DNA of 48,266 nt from a virus. Taxonomy: Duplodnaviria; Heunggongvirae; Uroviricota; Caudoviricetes. This document shows, piece after piece, positions 14,736 to 23,831 of the stretch. Position 1 is the first letter of the stretch; each line of letters begins with the position of its first letter. The translations under genes and the position numbers were made by a program. The stretch is from IMG/VR virus record IMGVR_UViG_3300009180_002437; one strand, 5' to 3'. The notes beneath the pieces were generated by a model. It ran no database searches. It was not told where the DNA came from and saw only the letters and a list, made by a program, of their open reading frames with translations.

Positions 14736-14764
14736 TTGACAATTAATTGAAGTTCAACTATAAT
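14736..14764 (+). promoter_or_regulatory. sigma70-type promoter
   Basis: TTGACA-N17-TATAAT. Confidence 0.85.
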
Positions 14765-14772
14765 AGTTTAAT

Positions 14773-14847
14773 GTGATCGTAGCTCAGAGGAAGAGCAGGG
14801 TGCTTTTAACGCCAAGGTCGAGATTTCGAAATTCTCCGGTCACACCA
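14773..14847 (+). tRNA. tRNA-Lys (TTT)
   Basis: Loop CTTTTAA, cloverleaf, CCA. Confidence 0.9.
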
Positions 14848-14850
14848 TAT

Positions 14851-14930
14851 TATTATATTGAAGCACATTTAAGTAGGCATGCCAACGCTAGGTCTTATCG
14901 GACGTAGCCAGAGTGTGTTTCAATATAATA
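14851..14930. repeat. long-hairpin element E4
   Basis: 20-bp stem TATTATATTGAAGCACATTT / GAGTGTGTTTCAATATAATA between tRNA-Lys and tRNA-Arg. Confidence 0.85.
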
Positions 14931-14932
14931 AT

Positions 14933-15007
14933 CCGGCCATAGTTAAATGGATATAACTAGGGATTTCTACTCCCTTATTGTGGGTTCGATTCCTGCTGGC
15001 CGGACCA
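14933..15007 (+). tRNA. tRNA-Arg (TCT)
   Basis: AGGGA-TTTCTAC-TCCCT, CCA. Confidence 0.9.
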
Positions 15008-15008
15008 T

Positions 15009-15085
15009 GGCGATGTAGCTCAGTTGGTTAGAGCAGGTGACTCATATTCACAAGGTCGGTGGTTCGAATCCACTCTTCGCTACCA
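15009..15085 (+). tRNA. tRNA-Met (CAT), probably elongator
   Basis: GGTGA-CTCATAT-TCACA, paired 1:72, CCA; Met versus Ile2 identity not certain. Confidence 0.8.
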
Positions 15086-15110
15086 AACAATGCAGCACAT
15101 AAATAAAGCT

Positions 15111-15809
15111 ATGAGAGCAACAGAATTCCTATCAGAGCTAATTGACAAAAAACTTGCCCAACCTATAACTTGGGTTAATCCTAGTATTGCTAGGTCTAAA
15201 TTACCGTCTGGGCGTGAGATAGAAATACATTTTACGCCTGAAGCCACTGGATATGTTGACATAGCTTTTAATGTGGATCGTGAATTTAGAATAACTGGGC
15301 TCGGAAACGCAGATCAAATATTTGCCACAGTTATACAAGGAATAACAGAGTTTGTATTCAATAATCCCAAATTACATACTATTACATTAACAGCAAACGA
15401 AAAAAGCCGTGCTAGAGCCTATGACACATTAATTAAACGAATAACTCCAGATTTAGGGTGGCATGTAGTTCCGCATGATGATATAATAAAAGATCCCAAG
15501 TACCAAGATGCCATGGCTCGTGGTGGATACTTATTTGCCATGGAAAAAGGTACTGCACCAGAGCATAGACAGCCTGAACAAAAACCAAAACATGGCACAT
15601 TCAAAAATGTGTGGTATGTGAACAACATAGATGACAAGACATTGCCACAATACAAAGTTACTGGGGGTGAAAAAGCGTGGCCAGTAATGAAATATGTGAT
15701 TGACAATATAGAAGAATATAGACAACTAAATCCGCAGACTATTATCGCTAAACATTACCCTAGGCCAGGACAACAAATTATTGACTTAGGTGAATATAAA
15801 CCATCATGA
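15111..15809 (+). CDS. hypothetical late protein
   Basis: Start MRATEFL 5 nt after TAAATA (15100-15105); the track's longer start overlaps tRNA-Met. Confidence 0.75.
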   Translation: MRATEFLSELIDKKLAQPITWVNPSIARSKLPSGREIEIHFTPEATGYVDIAFNVDREFRITGLGNADQIFATVIQGITEFVFNNPKLHTITLTANEKSRARAYDTLIKRITPDLGWHVVPHDDIIKDPKYQDAMARGGYLFAMEKGTAPEHRQPEQKPKHGTFKNVWYVNNIDDKTLPQYKVTGGEKAWPVMKYVIDNIEEYRQLNPQTIIAKHYPRPGQQIIDLGEYKPS

Positions 15810-16756
15810 GATTATATGAGATAGAACAAACTGTTGATGAGGCTATCAACTACACTAGATATATTGATGATGCCGAAAATGCCATGAAAAAAGGTATTTT
15901 GACTGCATGTACTGCCCTGGCCACAGTGGCTATTACCCCGGCGATGAAAGCAGATATAGCACAGACAAAAACATTTGGTTCGGTAAGACAAGCAGTTGAA
16001 CTGGCAGGATTGATAAAAGATCAGTGCGAGAAAGAATTAAAAAAGCTAGCTGTCAATAAAATGAAAGTGCCGGTATCTGACGTTATTTTTGAACCGTTAG
16101 CCGATGCCAACGGTGAATGTTACTTGTTGGAAGTCAGATTAAACATTGCGTATATTAATGGAATAGCAAACCCGATTTGGGCTAGATGGACAAAAGCAGT
16201 GGTGGCCAATAGAGTCGGCGACCCGTTTGATTATACAAAAACTGCAAAAAAGATTATAAACACTTTTAAAAAAACTTTGTTTGATACCCCTATTCCGGTG
16301 CTTGACAATTGCGCTAGTACCTTTATACATGAACTAGTTCATGCTCGACAGCATATGCCACAAATATCCAAGGGCGTACCTGATAGTGGTACCGATTACG
16401 GCAGTTATATAAAGACAAAAGAAGTACCCAATAAGAAAGAATTTACGAAAATGGTAGACACACCAGGAGCACTTGATAATCCCGAAAACTATAGAATATT
16501 TCGAGCTAGTCCACAAGAAATGACGGCGTTTGCTAACCAAGCCGCAGCAAAATTTATCAAAGATAATAAATTAAATATGCCAGATGCCAAAGCTGATACA
16601 GCTACAATGGCAAATTTACAAAACTATCTTGGTGATTATTTCAGAGATAGAAATAACTATCAAGAGCGTACACTTTTAAAACGCTATGGTACATTGGTGT
16701 ACAAAGCAGTTGATGATTATCTTAATCGCAAAAATAGTACAAAAAACCCACAATAA
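15806..16756 (+). CDS. hypothetical protein with HExxH zinc-metallopeptidase motif
   Basis: TFIHELVHARQH and downstream EMTAFA. Confidence 0.65.
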   Translation: MRLYEIEQTVDEAINYTRYIDDAENAMKKGILTACTALATVAITPAMKADIAQTKTFGSVRQAVELAGLIKDQCEKELKKLAVNKMKVPVSDVIFEPLADANGECYLLEVRLNIAYINGIANPIWARWTKAVVANRVGDPFDYTKTAKKIINTFKKTLFDTPIPVLDNCASTFIHELVHARQHMPQISKGVPDSGTDYGSYIKTKEVPNKKEFTKMVDTPGALDNPENYRIFRASPQEMTAFANQAAAKFIKDNKLNMPDAKADTATMANLQNYLGDYFRDRNNYQERTLLKRYGTLVYKAVDDYLNRKNSTKNPQ

Positions 16757-16779
16757 TTCACTAGTTCAACAAACTTTGA

Positions 16780-16808
16780 TTGCTATTTTATTTGACTTAT
16801 GTTATAAT
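16780..16808 (+). promoter_or_regulatory. sigma70-type promoter
   Basis: TTGCTA-N17-TATAAT. Confidence 0.65.
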
Positions 16809-16831
16809 ATATTTTTAGATAGGAGAACGAT

Positions 16832-17437
16832 ATGCCTGGAGTATTTCTGGTAAGCGACACGCACTTTGGACACGCAGGTGTATGCCGTTTCATGCGTAGT
16901 GACGGTGAGACCAAGCTTCGTCCATGGGATACCGCAGAGGAAATGGATGAAGAAATGGTTAAGCGTTGGAACGATACTGTTCGTCCAAATGACAAAGTAT
17001 ATCATCTTGGTGATGTGGTTATTAACCGAAAGGCACTTGGTATTATGCGGCGTCTCAATGGTGACAAGGTTCTTATTCGTGGCAATCACGATATCTTCCG
17101 TGATGACGAATACCGTGAACACTTTCGTGAGCTTCGGGCGTACCATGTACTTAACGGAATGATTCTTAGTCATATTCCCCTACATGAATCAAGCCTTGGT
17201 CGTTTTGGTGTTAACATCCACGGTCATCTTCATTCCAATCGTGTTATGCGGGCGAAGGGTATTAATTACCCCACTGGTGAGATTGTTTACAGTGAATCAG
17301 AGATTGATACCAGGTACCACTGTGTTTGTGTTGAGCAGACAGACTTTGCCCCAATCTTGTTTGAAGATGTTGTCAAACGAATTGAAGAAGAAGGTGGTGC
17401 AGTTGGTTTTAAAAATGGTAACGGGCCCACGGCATAG
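16832..17437 (+). CDS. calcineurin-like metallophosphoesterase
   Basis: SDTHFGH, HLGDV, GNHD, HGHLH motifs; AGGAG RBS. Confidence 0.9.
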   Translation: MPGVFLVSDTHFGHAGVCRFMRSDGETKLRPWDTAEEMDEEMVKRWNDTVRPNDKVYHLGDVVINRKALGIMRRLNGDKVLIRGNHDIFRDDEYREHFRELRAYHVLNGMILSHIPLHESSLGRFGVNIHGHLHSNRVMRAKGINYPTGEIVYSESEIDTRYHCVCVEQTDFAPILFEDVVKRIEEEGGAVGFKNGNGPTA

Positions 17438-17451
17438 TTATAAATAAAATT

Positions 17452-18072
17452 ATGATTATAACGTGCGGCCCCGTTGGTAACCAACGTACCCTTAAATTAA
17501 AACTTCCAGAAGAAAGAACTAAGATAGCAGTCCTTATCAGTGGCGGCATAGATAGTGCTATACTGTATTACTTAATGTTGCAGGAAAATAAAGACACAGG
17601 TTATAGGCATGACATACGGCCTATATCTATTATGCGTTCAGAAGGATCTGAATACTTTAGTAAGCTAGTAGTGGCAAACATGAATGAGAAATTTAACTTA
17701 ATCAAGCAGGATGCTATTATAGTTGGAAATCCTTCACTACCAGATGATCGGCAAGTCAAGTCAGGTGTATTACACGCATATGATCTTGGGTTTGACCTAA
17801 CGTATTGTGGCGTAATTGAACAACAGCCTGCACATATGGTAGGATGGACTCCTCCCGAAGCTAAAGAAACTAAAAGATTTAAAACACCACTTAAAGATCT
17901 AAACAAAACACATATAATAGATCTAGTCATACAATGCAAACAAGAAGACCTATTTTACATTACACATACTTGTAACAAGTTTAAAGTAGGTCGTTGCCAT
18001 AAATGCAACGGGTGCAACGAGCGAGCCTGGGGATTTTCACAGTTAGGATTAACTGATCCTGGTACTATATAA
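17452..18072 (+). CDS. QueC-like PP-loop ATP pyrophosphatase
   Basis: ISGGIDSA, PLKDLNKTHII, THTC...CHKCNGCNER Zn site. Confidence 0.75.
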   Translation: MIITCGPVGNQRTLKLKLPEERTKIAVLISGGIDSAILYYLMLQENKDTGYRHDIRPISIMRSEGSEYFSKLVVANMNEKFNLIKQDAIIVGNPSLPDDRQVKSGVLHAYDLGFDLTYCGVIEQQPAHMVGWTPPEAKETKRFKTPLKDLNKTHIIDLVIQCKQEDLFYITHTCNKFKVGRCHKCNGCNERAWGFSQLGLTDPGTI

Positions 18073-18084
18073 AAACGGCTGTAC

Positions 18085-18861
18085 TTATTGCCATGGCATC
18101 TTCCATTTAGTAGGCGGTACAGATGGAATAAATTCCACAGGAGTGAAATCCCATTCGTCTACATTATTAAGATAGTTTATAACTTCATAATTTGACTTGC
18201 TGATTATATCAGCAATGCCTTCACCTAGTTTTATATTATTGTGTTCTCTAAAGTGATTCCGTCTCATATCTGGACCGTAATTGCCATTAGATGGGTCGCC
18301 GGTATGTGGGATAAGTTCTTTCTGCGATGCTTTATATAATGAAGTCAACTCTTCAGAAATCTGTATAGCACATGAATTACGGTCGGGCACATGATCGTAA
18401 TCATCAAAGCAATTTATATGAATTAACCGATAAAAATTTTCTGACATGACGTTTAATTCTGTCAACCATTGTGCTTTTGCCCATTTATAAAAGTCAACTA
18501 CATATAAATCAGATTCATAAAAATCTTTAACCAGCCTGTGTAATTTTCCTGTTGGCTCAAGGTGCTTTATATCTGATTTGTCAGAATTAATTTCTGACCG
18601 TAACAATCCTGGATTAATAGGAAAATCCAAAATAGAAGGCAGTCTACTATAATTTGTATGGCATACGATAACTAATGTTTGTTTATCAAGCAACGAGGAG
18701 TTTTCAATCAACCAACGTCGAGTAGTCCACCATGGTCTTCCTCCATATCCCGATCCATACAACGGTACTTTTAATTTATTTGCTAAAAATAAAGGCCAAT
18801 CGGTGTCTTGATATCTCTCAGCACAATAACTATCACCTACTATCACAAGTTTAGTAAACAT
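18085..18861 (-). CDS. hypothetical protein (SGNH/GDSx-like N-terminus)
   Basis: IVGDSYC near the N-terminus and a C-terminal RRNHF motif. Confidence 0.6.
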   Translation of the reverse strand: MFTKLVIVGDSYCAERYQDTDWPLFLANKLKVPLYGSGYGGRPWWTTRRWLIENSSLLDKQTLVIVCHTNYSRLPSILDFPINPGLLRSEINSDKSDIKHLEPTGKLHRLVKDFYESDLYVVDFYKWAKAQWLTELNVMSENFYRLIHINCFDDYDHVPDRNSCAIQISEELTSLYKASQKELIPHTGDPSNGNYGPDMRRNHFREHNNIKLGEGIADIISKSNYEVINYLNNVDEWDFTPVEFIPSVPPTKWKMPWQ

Positions 18862-18876
18862 AAAGTATTTCCCTGA

Positions 18877-19452
18877 TTATCTAACGTAATTTTTAAAAAT
18901 TTCATATGATTCATTAAAAGTAGGACGATTTCTAGGTTCCGTATAGTTATAAGCTATGCTGACACAATACCTGTCAGCAATGACATTATTGTCAACACTA
19001 TGTGGTACACCTACCTGCACAAGAGTGGGAGTTCCTATTATTTGACTGTGCGCTAATGTAACCTCTTCTGGCTTATAATACACAGCATAAGTTGAAACAA
19101 CTGTTTCATCGGTAATACCCATTTCATTTTGGTTGGGCGTATACCAATTCATGATACTTCCTTCTCCGCCATACACCCAATTTAACTTGGCATAATCACC
19201 ACGTTTTTCTGTATCACTGTGTATGCGACTACCTACTCCTGCAGGTCGGTAAAAAATATCAACAAACGTAACTATAAATCCATGGTCCGCAAAAAATGCA
19301 ATGATATCATCACTTAACAGATCTCTGTCAAGTTGGTAATGTCTAGATAAATTTTTATTGTTTTCTTTTAAAAATTCAAACGGAGCCAATGTAGATTTAA
19401 ACAATGGTATAGGTAAATCAAGATCAACACAATATTTTGTCATATTATTCAA
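18877..19452 (-). CDS. 2OG-Fe(II)/cupin oxygenase-like protein
   Basis: IHSD...KLNW...PHSV...RYCVS. Confidence 0.7.
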   Translation of the reverse strand: MNNMTKYCVDLDLPIPLFKSTLAPFEFLKENNKNLSRHYQLDRDLLSDDIIAFFADHGFIVTFVDIFYRPAGVGSRIHSDTEKRGDYAKLNWVYGGEGSIMNWYTPNQNEMGITDETVVSTYAVYYKPEEVTLAHSQIIGTPTLVQVGVPHSVDNNVIADRYCVSIAYNYTEPRNRPTFNESYEIFKNYVR

Positions 19453-19981
19453 ATAAAAATTCTAGATTTTCATGAAACCCAATTGTACACGATACACGTG
19501 GTTGTATTTCATTATAACTAACAACTTGATGCGGTTGATCATTTCTAAACACGACAGGTCTAGTAAGCTCGAATTTATCAACTTGTAAGCAGGCTAACGG
19601 ATTCAATTTTAATAATGGTATTCCGTTTTTTTGTAATACCTTAACCGGTTCTTCACTTACTGTAAAAAACCTAGTCTCACTATTTTCGCAATTCATTACT
19701 GGAATATTTATTCTACAGTTAGATTGCATATCGTGATCAATATGTATTGTACCATACTGTGTGTTGGTGACAAAAAATGCAAGATATTTTATAGTAATAT
19801 CCAAAGGAGCAACCATTTCGTCGAGTTCGGGCACCTTATACAACACATCTTGTGTATCTACGGATTTCCATGCAGAATTTTGATGCGATGCTAATATTGA
19901 TTCAGAATTGTCGAGAATATATTGTGCTAACTTAGGACTGACTTTGGAACAATCTATATCTAGATATTTGTAATATTTCAT
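19445..19981 (-). CDS. 2OG-Fe(II)/cupin oxygenase-like protein
   Basis: IHID...RINIP...PHQV...RVSCT. Confidence 0.7.
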   Translation of the reverse strand: MKYYKYLDIDCSKVSPKLAQYILDNSESILASHQNSAWKSVDTQDVLYKVPELDEMVAPLDITIKYLAFFVTNTQYGTIHIDHDMQSNCRINIPVMNCENSETRFFTVSEEPVKVLQKNGIPLLKLNPLACLQVDKFELTRPVVFRNDQPHQVVSYNEIQPRVSCTIGFHENLEFLFE

Positions 19982-20544
19982 AAATTAATAGGAGGTAAGT
20001 CTACACAAGTAGAAAATTCTTCCCAACTCCAGGGCACTAACCTGAAACTCAAAGCAATTGCCGGAGTATCACTTTCATTTCTTAAAGAATGCCATGTTGC
20101 AATGTCGGTTACCATAGCGTTATCTGCGGCAACTGTTTCTATTTCTTTAGCGGCATCATATGGTAGCATTGGTACGGTTTGCCACTTGTTGCCTTGCCCA
20201 TGATAAAATATTTTCGAAGGATCTATACACTCAAACCAAGACCAATATAAATTTTTGCAACTGGTTAATGGCAAAAATACAGCTTGTGCCAATTTGTTAC
20301 GATCCATAGTTTCAGTTGGTTTATCTGAATGTATCCATAATTTTTTGCCGGCCGGAATATATACCAGCATTATCTTATAACCCTCGCATCTGGTTGGGTC
20401 AATGTTTAGCATTTTAGCTATTATTTCTTGAGTGGGCTTATCTAACGGCTCGACTCGTTCAAGCTCTGGATTACCCAGTGTAATAATATCTAAAATTTGT
20501 GCTACAGGAATATTGAGCCCAGTTATTGGCTTATAATGTCTCAT
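19978..20544 (-). CDS. 2OG-Fe(II)/cupin oxygenase-like protein
   Basis: IHSD...AVFLP...WHSL...LSFR; start placed at MRHYKP, 4 nt after a minus-strand TAAATA. Confidence 0.7.
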   Translation of the reverse strand: MRHYKPITGLNIPVAQILDIITLGNPELERVEPLDKPTQEIIAKMLNIDPTRCEGYKIMLVYIPAGKKLWIHSDKPTETMDRNKLAQAVFLPLTSCKNLYWSWFECIDPSKIFYHGQGNKWQTVPMLPYDAAKEIETVAADNAMVTDIATWHSLRNESDTPAIALSFRLVPWSWEEFSTCVDLPPINL

Positions 20545-20587
20545 ATGGTATTTATTATATGTCAAAATATTAAATATAAATATCAAC

Positions 20588-21175
20588 ATGAATACCGTTG
20601 ACTCACTAGCACCGTATTGTTATCCCATAAATTATACTATAGACCGGGAAAAATTAGATAATAGCTTTGATGTACTATTGCATAGATTAAGTATAGTCTA
20701 CAATGATACGTCGCACTTTGCCATTAATCTCACACATTTACCTGGGCTAACGGGTACAGCTAGATGGGAAAATTATTCGGCTTCACACCACGCACTTAAA
20801 CAAATAGGAATTGATGAAACTGATTTCATTGAACTATTATCCGAAACAGAAGATTTGTACATAGGGCAAGTGATCAAGGACATTTATACACAACACGAGG
20901 GAACATTCCAAGGGCGTTGCCAGATAAATTGTATCGGGGCAGGAAGAGCATTGGCTCCACATCGTGATACTCATACTACATCAAGATACCATATTCCACT
21001 GATTACCAATGAAGAGTGTTATTGGATACTAAACAAGGGTGAAGAGAAATACAAATTACATATGGCGGCTGATGAAAAGGTTTGGTATTTAAATCCAAAT
21101 GCCATTGAGCACGCATTTTATAACGATTCATCCAAGTATCGAGTTCATTTATTATTAACCAGTGGAAAAGACTAG
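20588..21175 (+). CDS. Asp/Asn beta-hydroxylase-like 2OG-Fe(II) oxygenase
   Basis: PHRD...RYHIPLITN...EHAF...RVHL. Confidence 0.75.
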   Translation: MNTVDSLAPYCYPINYTIDREKLDNSFDVLLHRLSIVYNDTSHFAINLTHLPGLTGTARWENYSASHHALKQIGIDETDFIELLSETEDLYIGQVIKDIYTQHEGTFQGRCQINCIGAGRALAPHRDTHTTSRYHIPLITNEECYWILNKGEEKYKLHMAADEKVWYLNPNAIEHAFYNDSSKYRVHLLLTSGKD

Positions 21176-21786
21176 TGGATAACATAATGTTTGCTGAAGT
21201 AAATTTTCCAGTATTGGATAAAATTACTGCTGCCGCGGAAATTCTAGCTATTCCTAAAAAATTTAGCTTTTGGGATGACTACCGTAATACCCTAATGATT
21301 CCACTTATGAGCAAAGGCGGCATGATAGCATCTAACAGCATTCCTGGAGAATTCAAATGGAATGATCATGCTCCTAAGATTATTATGGATTGGTTTGATG
21401 ACTGTGTGTTTCCCTGGTTGGGCACTAAGGCTAGAGTTATGGCTTTGATTACACAATCAAATTTTTCAAACTATGAACACATAGATTGTGATCCACATGA
21501 ATTAAACACTAGACAACATAAATTTAGAATTGTATTACAAGGCAGAACCGACACTCTTTACTTCATAACAGATAAAGGAAATGTCCATGCTCCTAATATT
21601 GAAGGATCATTTATTATGGATGGTGGTTGGCCGCATGGCATGATTAACACTTCCAACGAAGTCAAAGTTACATTAGCATTAGGTGCGCCGTGGACTGGCA
21701 ATGATAGTTATGATAATATCAATTTACTAATGGATCGGTCTATTCATACCATGCCAGAAGACCTCAGCGCCTATTGGAAAAAATGA
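21175..21786 (+). CDS. 2OG-Fe(II)/cupin oxygenase-like protein (GTG start)
   Basis: EHID...KFRIVL...PHGM. Confidence 0.7.
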   Translation: MDNIMFAEVNFPVLDKITAAAEILAIPKKFSFWDDYRNTLMIPLMSKGGMIASNSIPGEFKWNDHAPKIIMDWFDDCVFPWLGTKARVMALITQSNFSNYEHIDCDPHELNTRQHKFRIVLQGRTDTLYFITDKGNVHAPNIEGSFIMDGGWPHGMINTSNEVKVTLALGAPWTGNDSYDNINLLMDRSIHTMPEDLSAYWKK

Positions 21787-22418
21787 GTAATTTTTATCAC
21801 AAAACAGAATTTAAGTTCAGCAACGCAGCAATAACTTGGATATTACATAGATATCAGCATAGGTATAATGATATCTTTTTTCATGATCTAGATATCACAC
21901 AAAGTGATCCCAAAAGTCAAGCAGAATGGCAAGCAAGTTTACCCGGTAGAGAATTAAGGTCTTTTTTATTAGGATATAATTGTGATACTAGCTACTATGG
22001 CATAAATGTATTTCTCAGCAACACAAGAGAAGTAGTCAAGGGTAATCCACACATTGATGCGAAATTTAACAATGGTAATATTTTTAAAATTAAATCTAGG
22101 TTCAATGTAATGGTCTTAGGAAACCCAGAGGATAACATGGTATGGTGGGATACAATGCGATGGGGAGATGAGCGATTAATTAATCATCCTTTTACCACTA
22201 TCACAGGAAAGTCTTATGTAAGTAAAGCCATACCTGGAACTACACCTGATGAACGATGGGAATTTTTAGGTAAACCCTCAGAAGAAGTTACAAATCTGCT
22301 AACTCCTAGTGCGTTTGTGCGCACCGACTGCGCTCACACAATCTATACAAGTGGACAACCTAGATTAATAGTTACAGTGGCGTTAGATAAAACATTAGAC
22401 GAAATAACAGCATTATAA
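21774..22418 (+). CDS. 2OG-Fe(II)/cupin oxygenase-like protein
   Basis: PHID...RFNV...AHTI...RLIVT. Confidence 0.7.
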   Translation: MEKMSNFYHKTEFKFSNAAITWILHRYQHRYNDIFFHDLDITQSDPKSQAEWQASLPGRELRSFLLGYNCDTSYYGINVFLSNTREVVKGNPHIDAKFNNGNIFKIKSRFNVMVLGNPEDNMVWWDTMRWGDERLINHPFTTITGKSYVSKAIPGTTPDERWEFLGKPSEEVTNLLTPSAFVRTDCAHTIYTSGQPRLIVTVALDKTLDEITAL

Positions 22419-22444
22419 ATAGAAAACAAAAAGGAAATTATAGT

Positions 22445-23401
22445 ATGCCGATATTTTCACACAACAATCATCTAAAATTTGGATGGGGCGATGGTGTTTA
22501 TAATTTTAACGATAAAGACAAACAACTATGGGTAGAATTTGGGCAAGCAGATTACATTCCAACATCTTTCAAAACTGAGTGCATTAGGTCGGCTAGATTG
22601 ATCGGTGAGGCTGCTGACAAACCAATTCTATTATTCTTATCTGGTGGGGTAGACTCGGAAGTAACGGCAAGATCATTCTTGGAAGCCGGGGTACCATTTG
22701 AAGTAGCTACCACAAATATCACACATGATGGTAAAATTATAAATGAACATGACACCGTATATGCGATGTCATTTATTAAAAAATATAACCTTACAGTACA
22801 CACTATAGACATTAATTTTATTGATTTGATAACTAGATTAAAAGAGATACGGTTGACAAATAATCCCGCTGAGCCATACTATAAAGTTTCCATGGTGTTT
22901 CTCAATATAATTATGATGATCGAACAATTTTGTGACGATTATTATTGTGTTACTGGCAATGGAGACCTGGTTATCGATGCATATAGAAAGTACAATCAGC
23001 CAGGCCCAATTCAATACGGAGTATACGCAGGAAAATCTTTCTCAGGTTCGGCATTATCGGCATATGAATTATCAGCTAGGGAATCAATTAACCTTACCAG
23101 ATTCTTTTGCTATACCCCGGAATTGTTACTAGCTTGGTTATTAGATGCTGATATACAACATTGGATCAAATATGAAAAGGCGCTAATGGGGCCACATGGA
23201 TGGATGAACATACATTCAATTAAATCATTTATACTATATAAAATTTGGCCTGATATGGAAATTAGACCAAAATTCATGGGATTTGAAAATTTACCAGGTT
23301 ATAATGAATTGTGCAACAATGATTTTTATAATGATGATAAATCATATATGGTCATTACGATAGATAATTTATTAGATATGTTGTTGCCAAAAGAAATTTA
23401 A
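22445..23401 (+). CDS. PP-loop (asparagine-synthase C-domain-like) protein
   Basis: LFLSGGVDSE; paralog of 35384-36301. Confidence 0.7.
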   Translation: MPIFSHNNHLKFGWGDGVYNFNDKDKQLWVEFGQADYIPTSFKTECIRSARLIGEAADKPILLFLSGGVDSEVTARSFLEAGVPFEVATTNITHDGKIINEHDTVYAMSFIKKYNLTVHTIDINFIDLITRLKEIRLTNNPAEPYYKVSMVFLNIIMMIEQFCDDYYCVTGNGDLVIDAYRKYNQPGPIQYGVYAGKSFSGSALSAYELSARESINLTRFFCYTPELLLAWLLDADIQHWIKYEKALMGPHGWMNIHSIKSFILYKIWPDMEIRPKFMGFENLPGYNELCNNDFYNDDKSYMVITIDNLLDMLLPKEI

Positions 23402-23445
23402 TCATCGTAACTTTGCAATATAAATAATTACAACAAGGAAATAAC

Positions 23446-23661
23446 ATGGCAGCGAAAGGCGGCAATCAAAGAAATCAAATAGCAGATCCAATGAAAACCA
23501 AAACAGGTAAAACTCGGTTAGGTCCATTGGGTATACATCAGTTGGAAGAATTATTAAGCAAGTCAAGTCGTCCCAAAGACAAAGCTAAAATTAAAAATCA
23601 TATTCGTATGGTTAAATCACGTAAAGGGTTCGTCGAAGCAGTACCCGTAGTGTCCTCGTAA
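23446..23661 (+). CDS. small basic hypothetical protein
   Basis: 71-aa K/R-rich ORF, AAGGA RBS, TATAAATA at 23419-23426. Confidence 0.75.
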   Translation: MAAKGGNQRNQIADPMKTKTGKTRLGPLGIHQLEELLSKSSRPKDKAKIKNHIRMVKSRKGFVEAVPVVSS

Positions 23662-23677
23662 GAGGTGGTGGAGCCGG

Positions 23678-23708
23678 CAGAGTCAATCTAACGGTTGACT
23701 CTGTTTTT
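23678..23708 (+). terminator. intrinsic terminator overlapping the next promoter
   Basis: CAGAGTCAAT-CTAACG-GTTGACTCTG + TTTTT; its 3' arm contains the -35 box TTGACT. Confidence 0.8.
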
Positions 23709-23723
23709 ATTTTATAGTATAAT
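23695..23723 (+). promoter_or_regulatory. sigma70-type promoter for tRNA-Thr/Asn
   Basis: TTGACT-N17-TATAAT. Confidence 0.8.
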
Positions 23724-23739
23724 AGTTAAAGTAGTTAAT

Positions 23740-23814
23740 GCCCAGTTAGCAGAGTGGTAATGCGCCTCACTTGTAATGAGGATATCGGGAGTTCGATTCT
23801 CTCACTGGGCACCA
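23740..23814 (+). tRNA. tRNA-Thr (TGT)
   Basis: CCTCA-CTTGTAA-TGAGG, CCA. Confidence 0.93.
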
Positions 23815-23831
23815 AGTTTTAGTAGTACAAT

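Noticed and set aside
14933-15007. Amber suppressor (CTA) reading of loop TTTCTAC
   Set aside because: The 5-bp stem AGGGA/TCCCT fixes a 7-nt loop with TCT at positions 34-36, so it is tRNA-Arg.
17452-18072. Complete 7-deazaguanine DNA-modification pathway
   Set aside because: Only a QueC-like gene is present; folE, queD, queE and dpdA were not seen in this window, so no gene symbol was assigned.
22445-23661. Lasso-peptide/RiPP cluster (asparagine-synthase-like enzyme plus small peptide)
   Set aside because: The 71-aa basic ORF lacks a leader/core pattern and has its own promoter and RBS; no B1/B2 peptidase genes are present.
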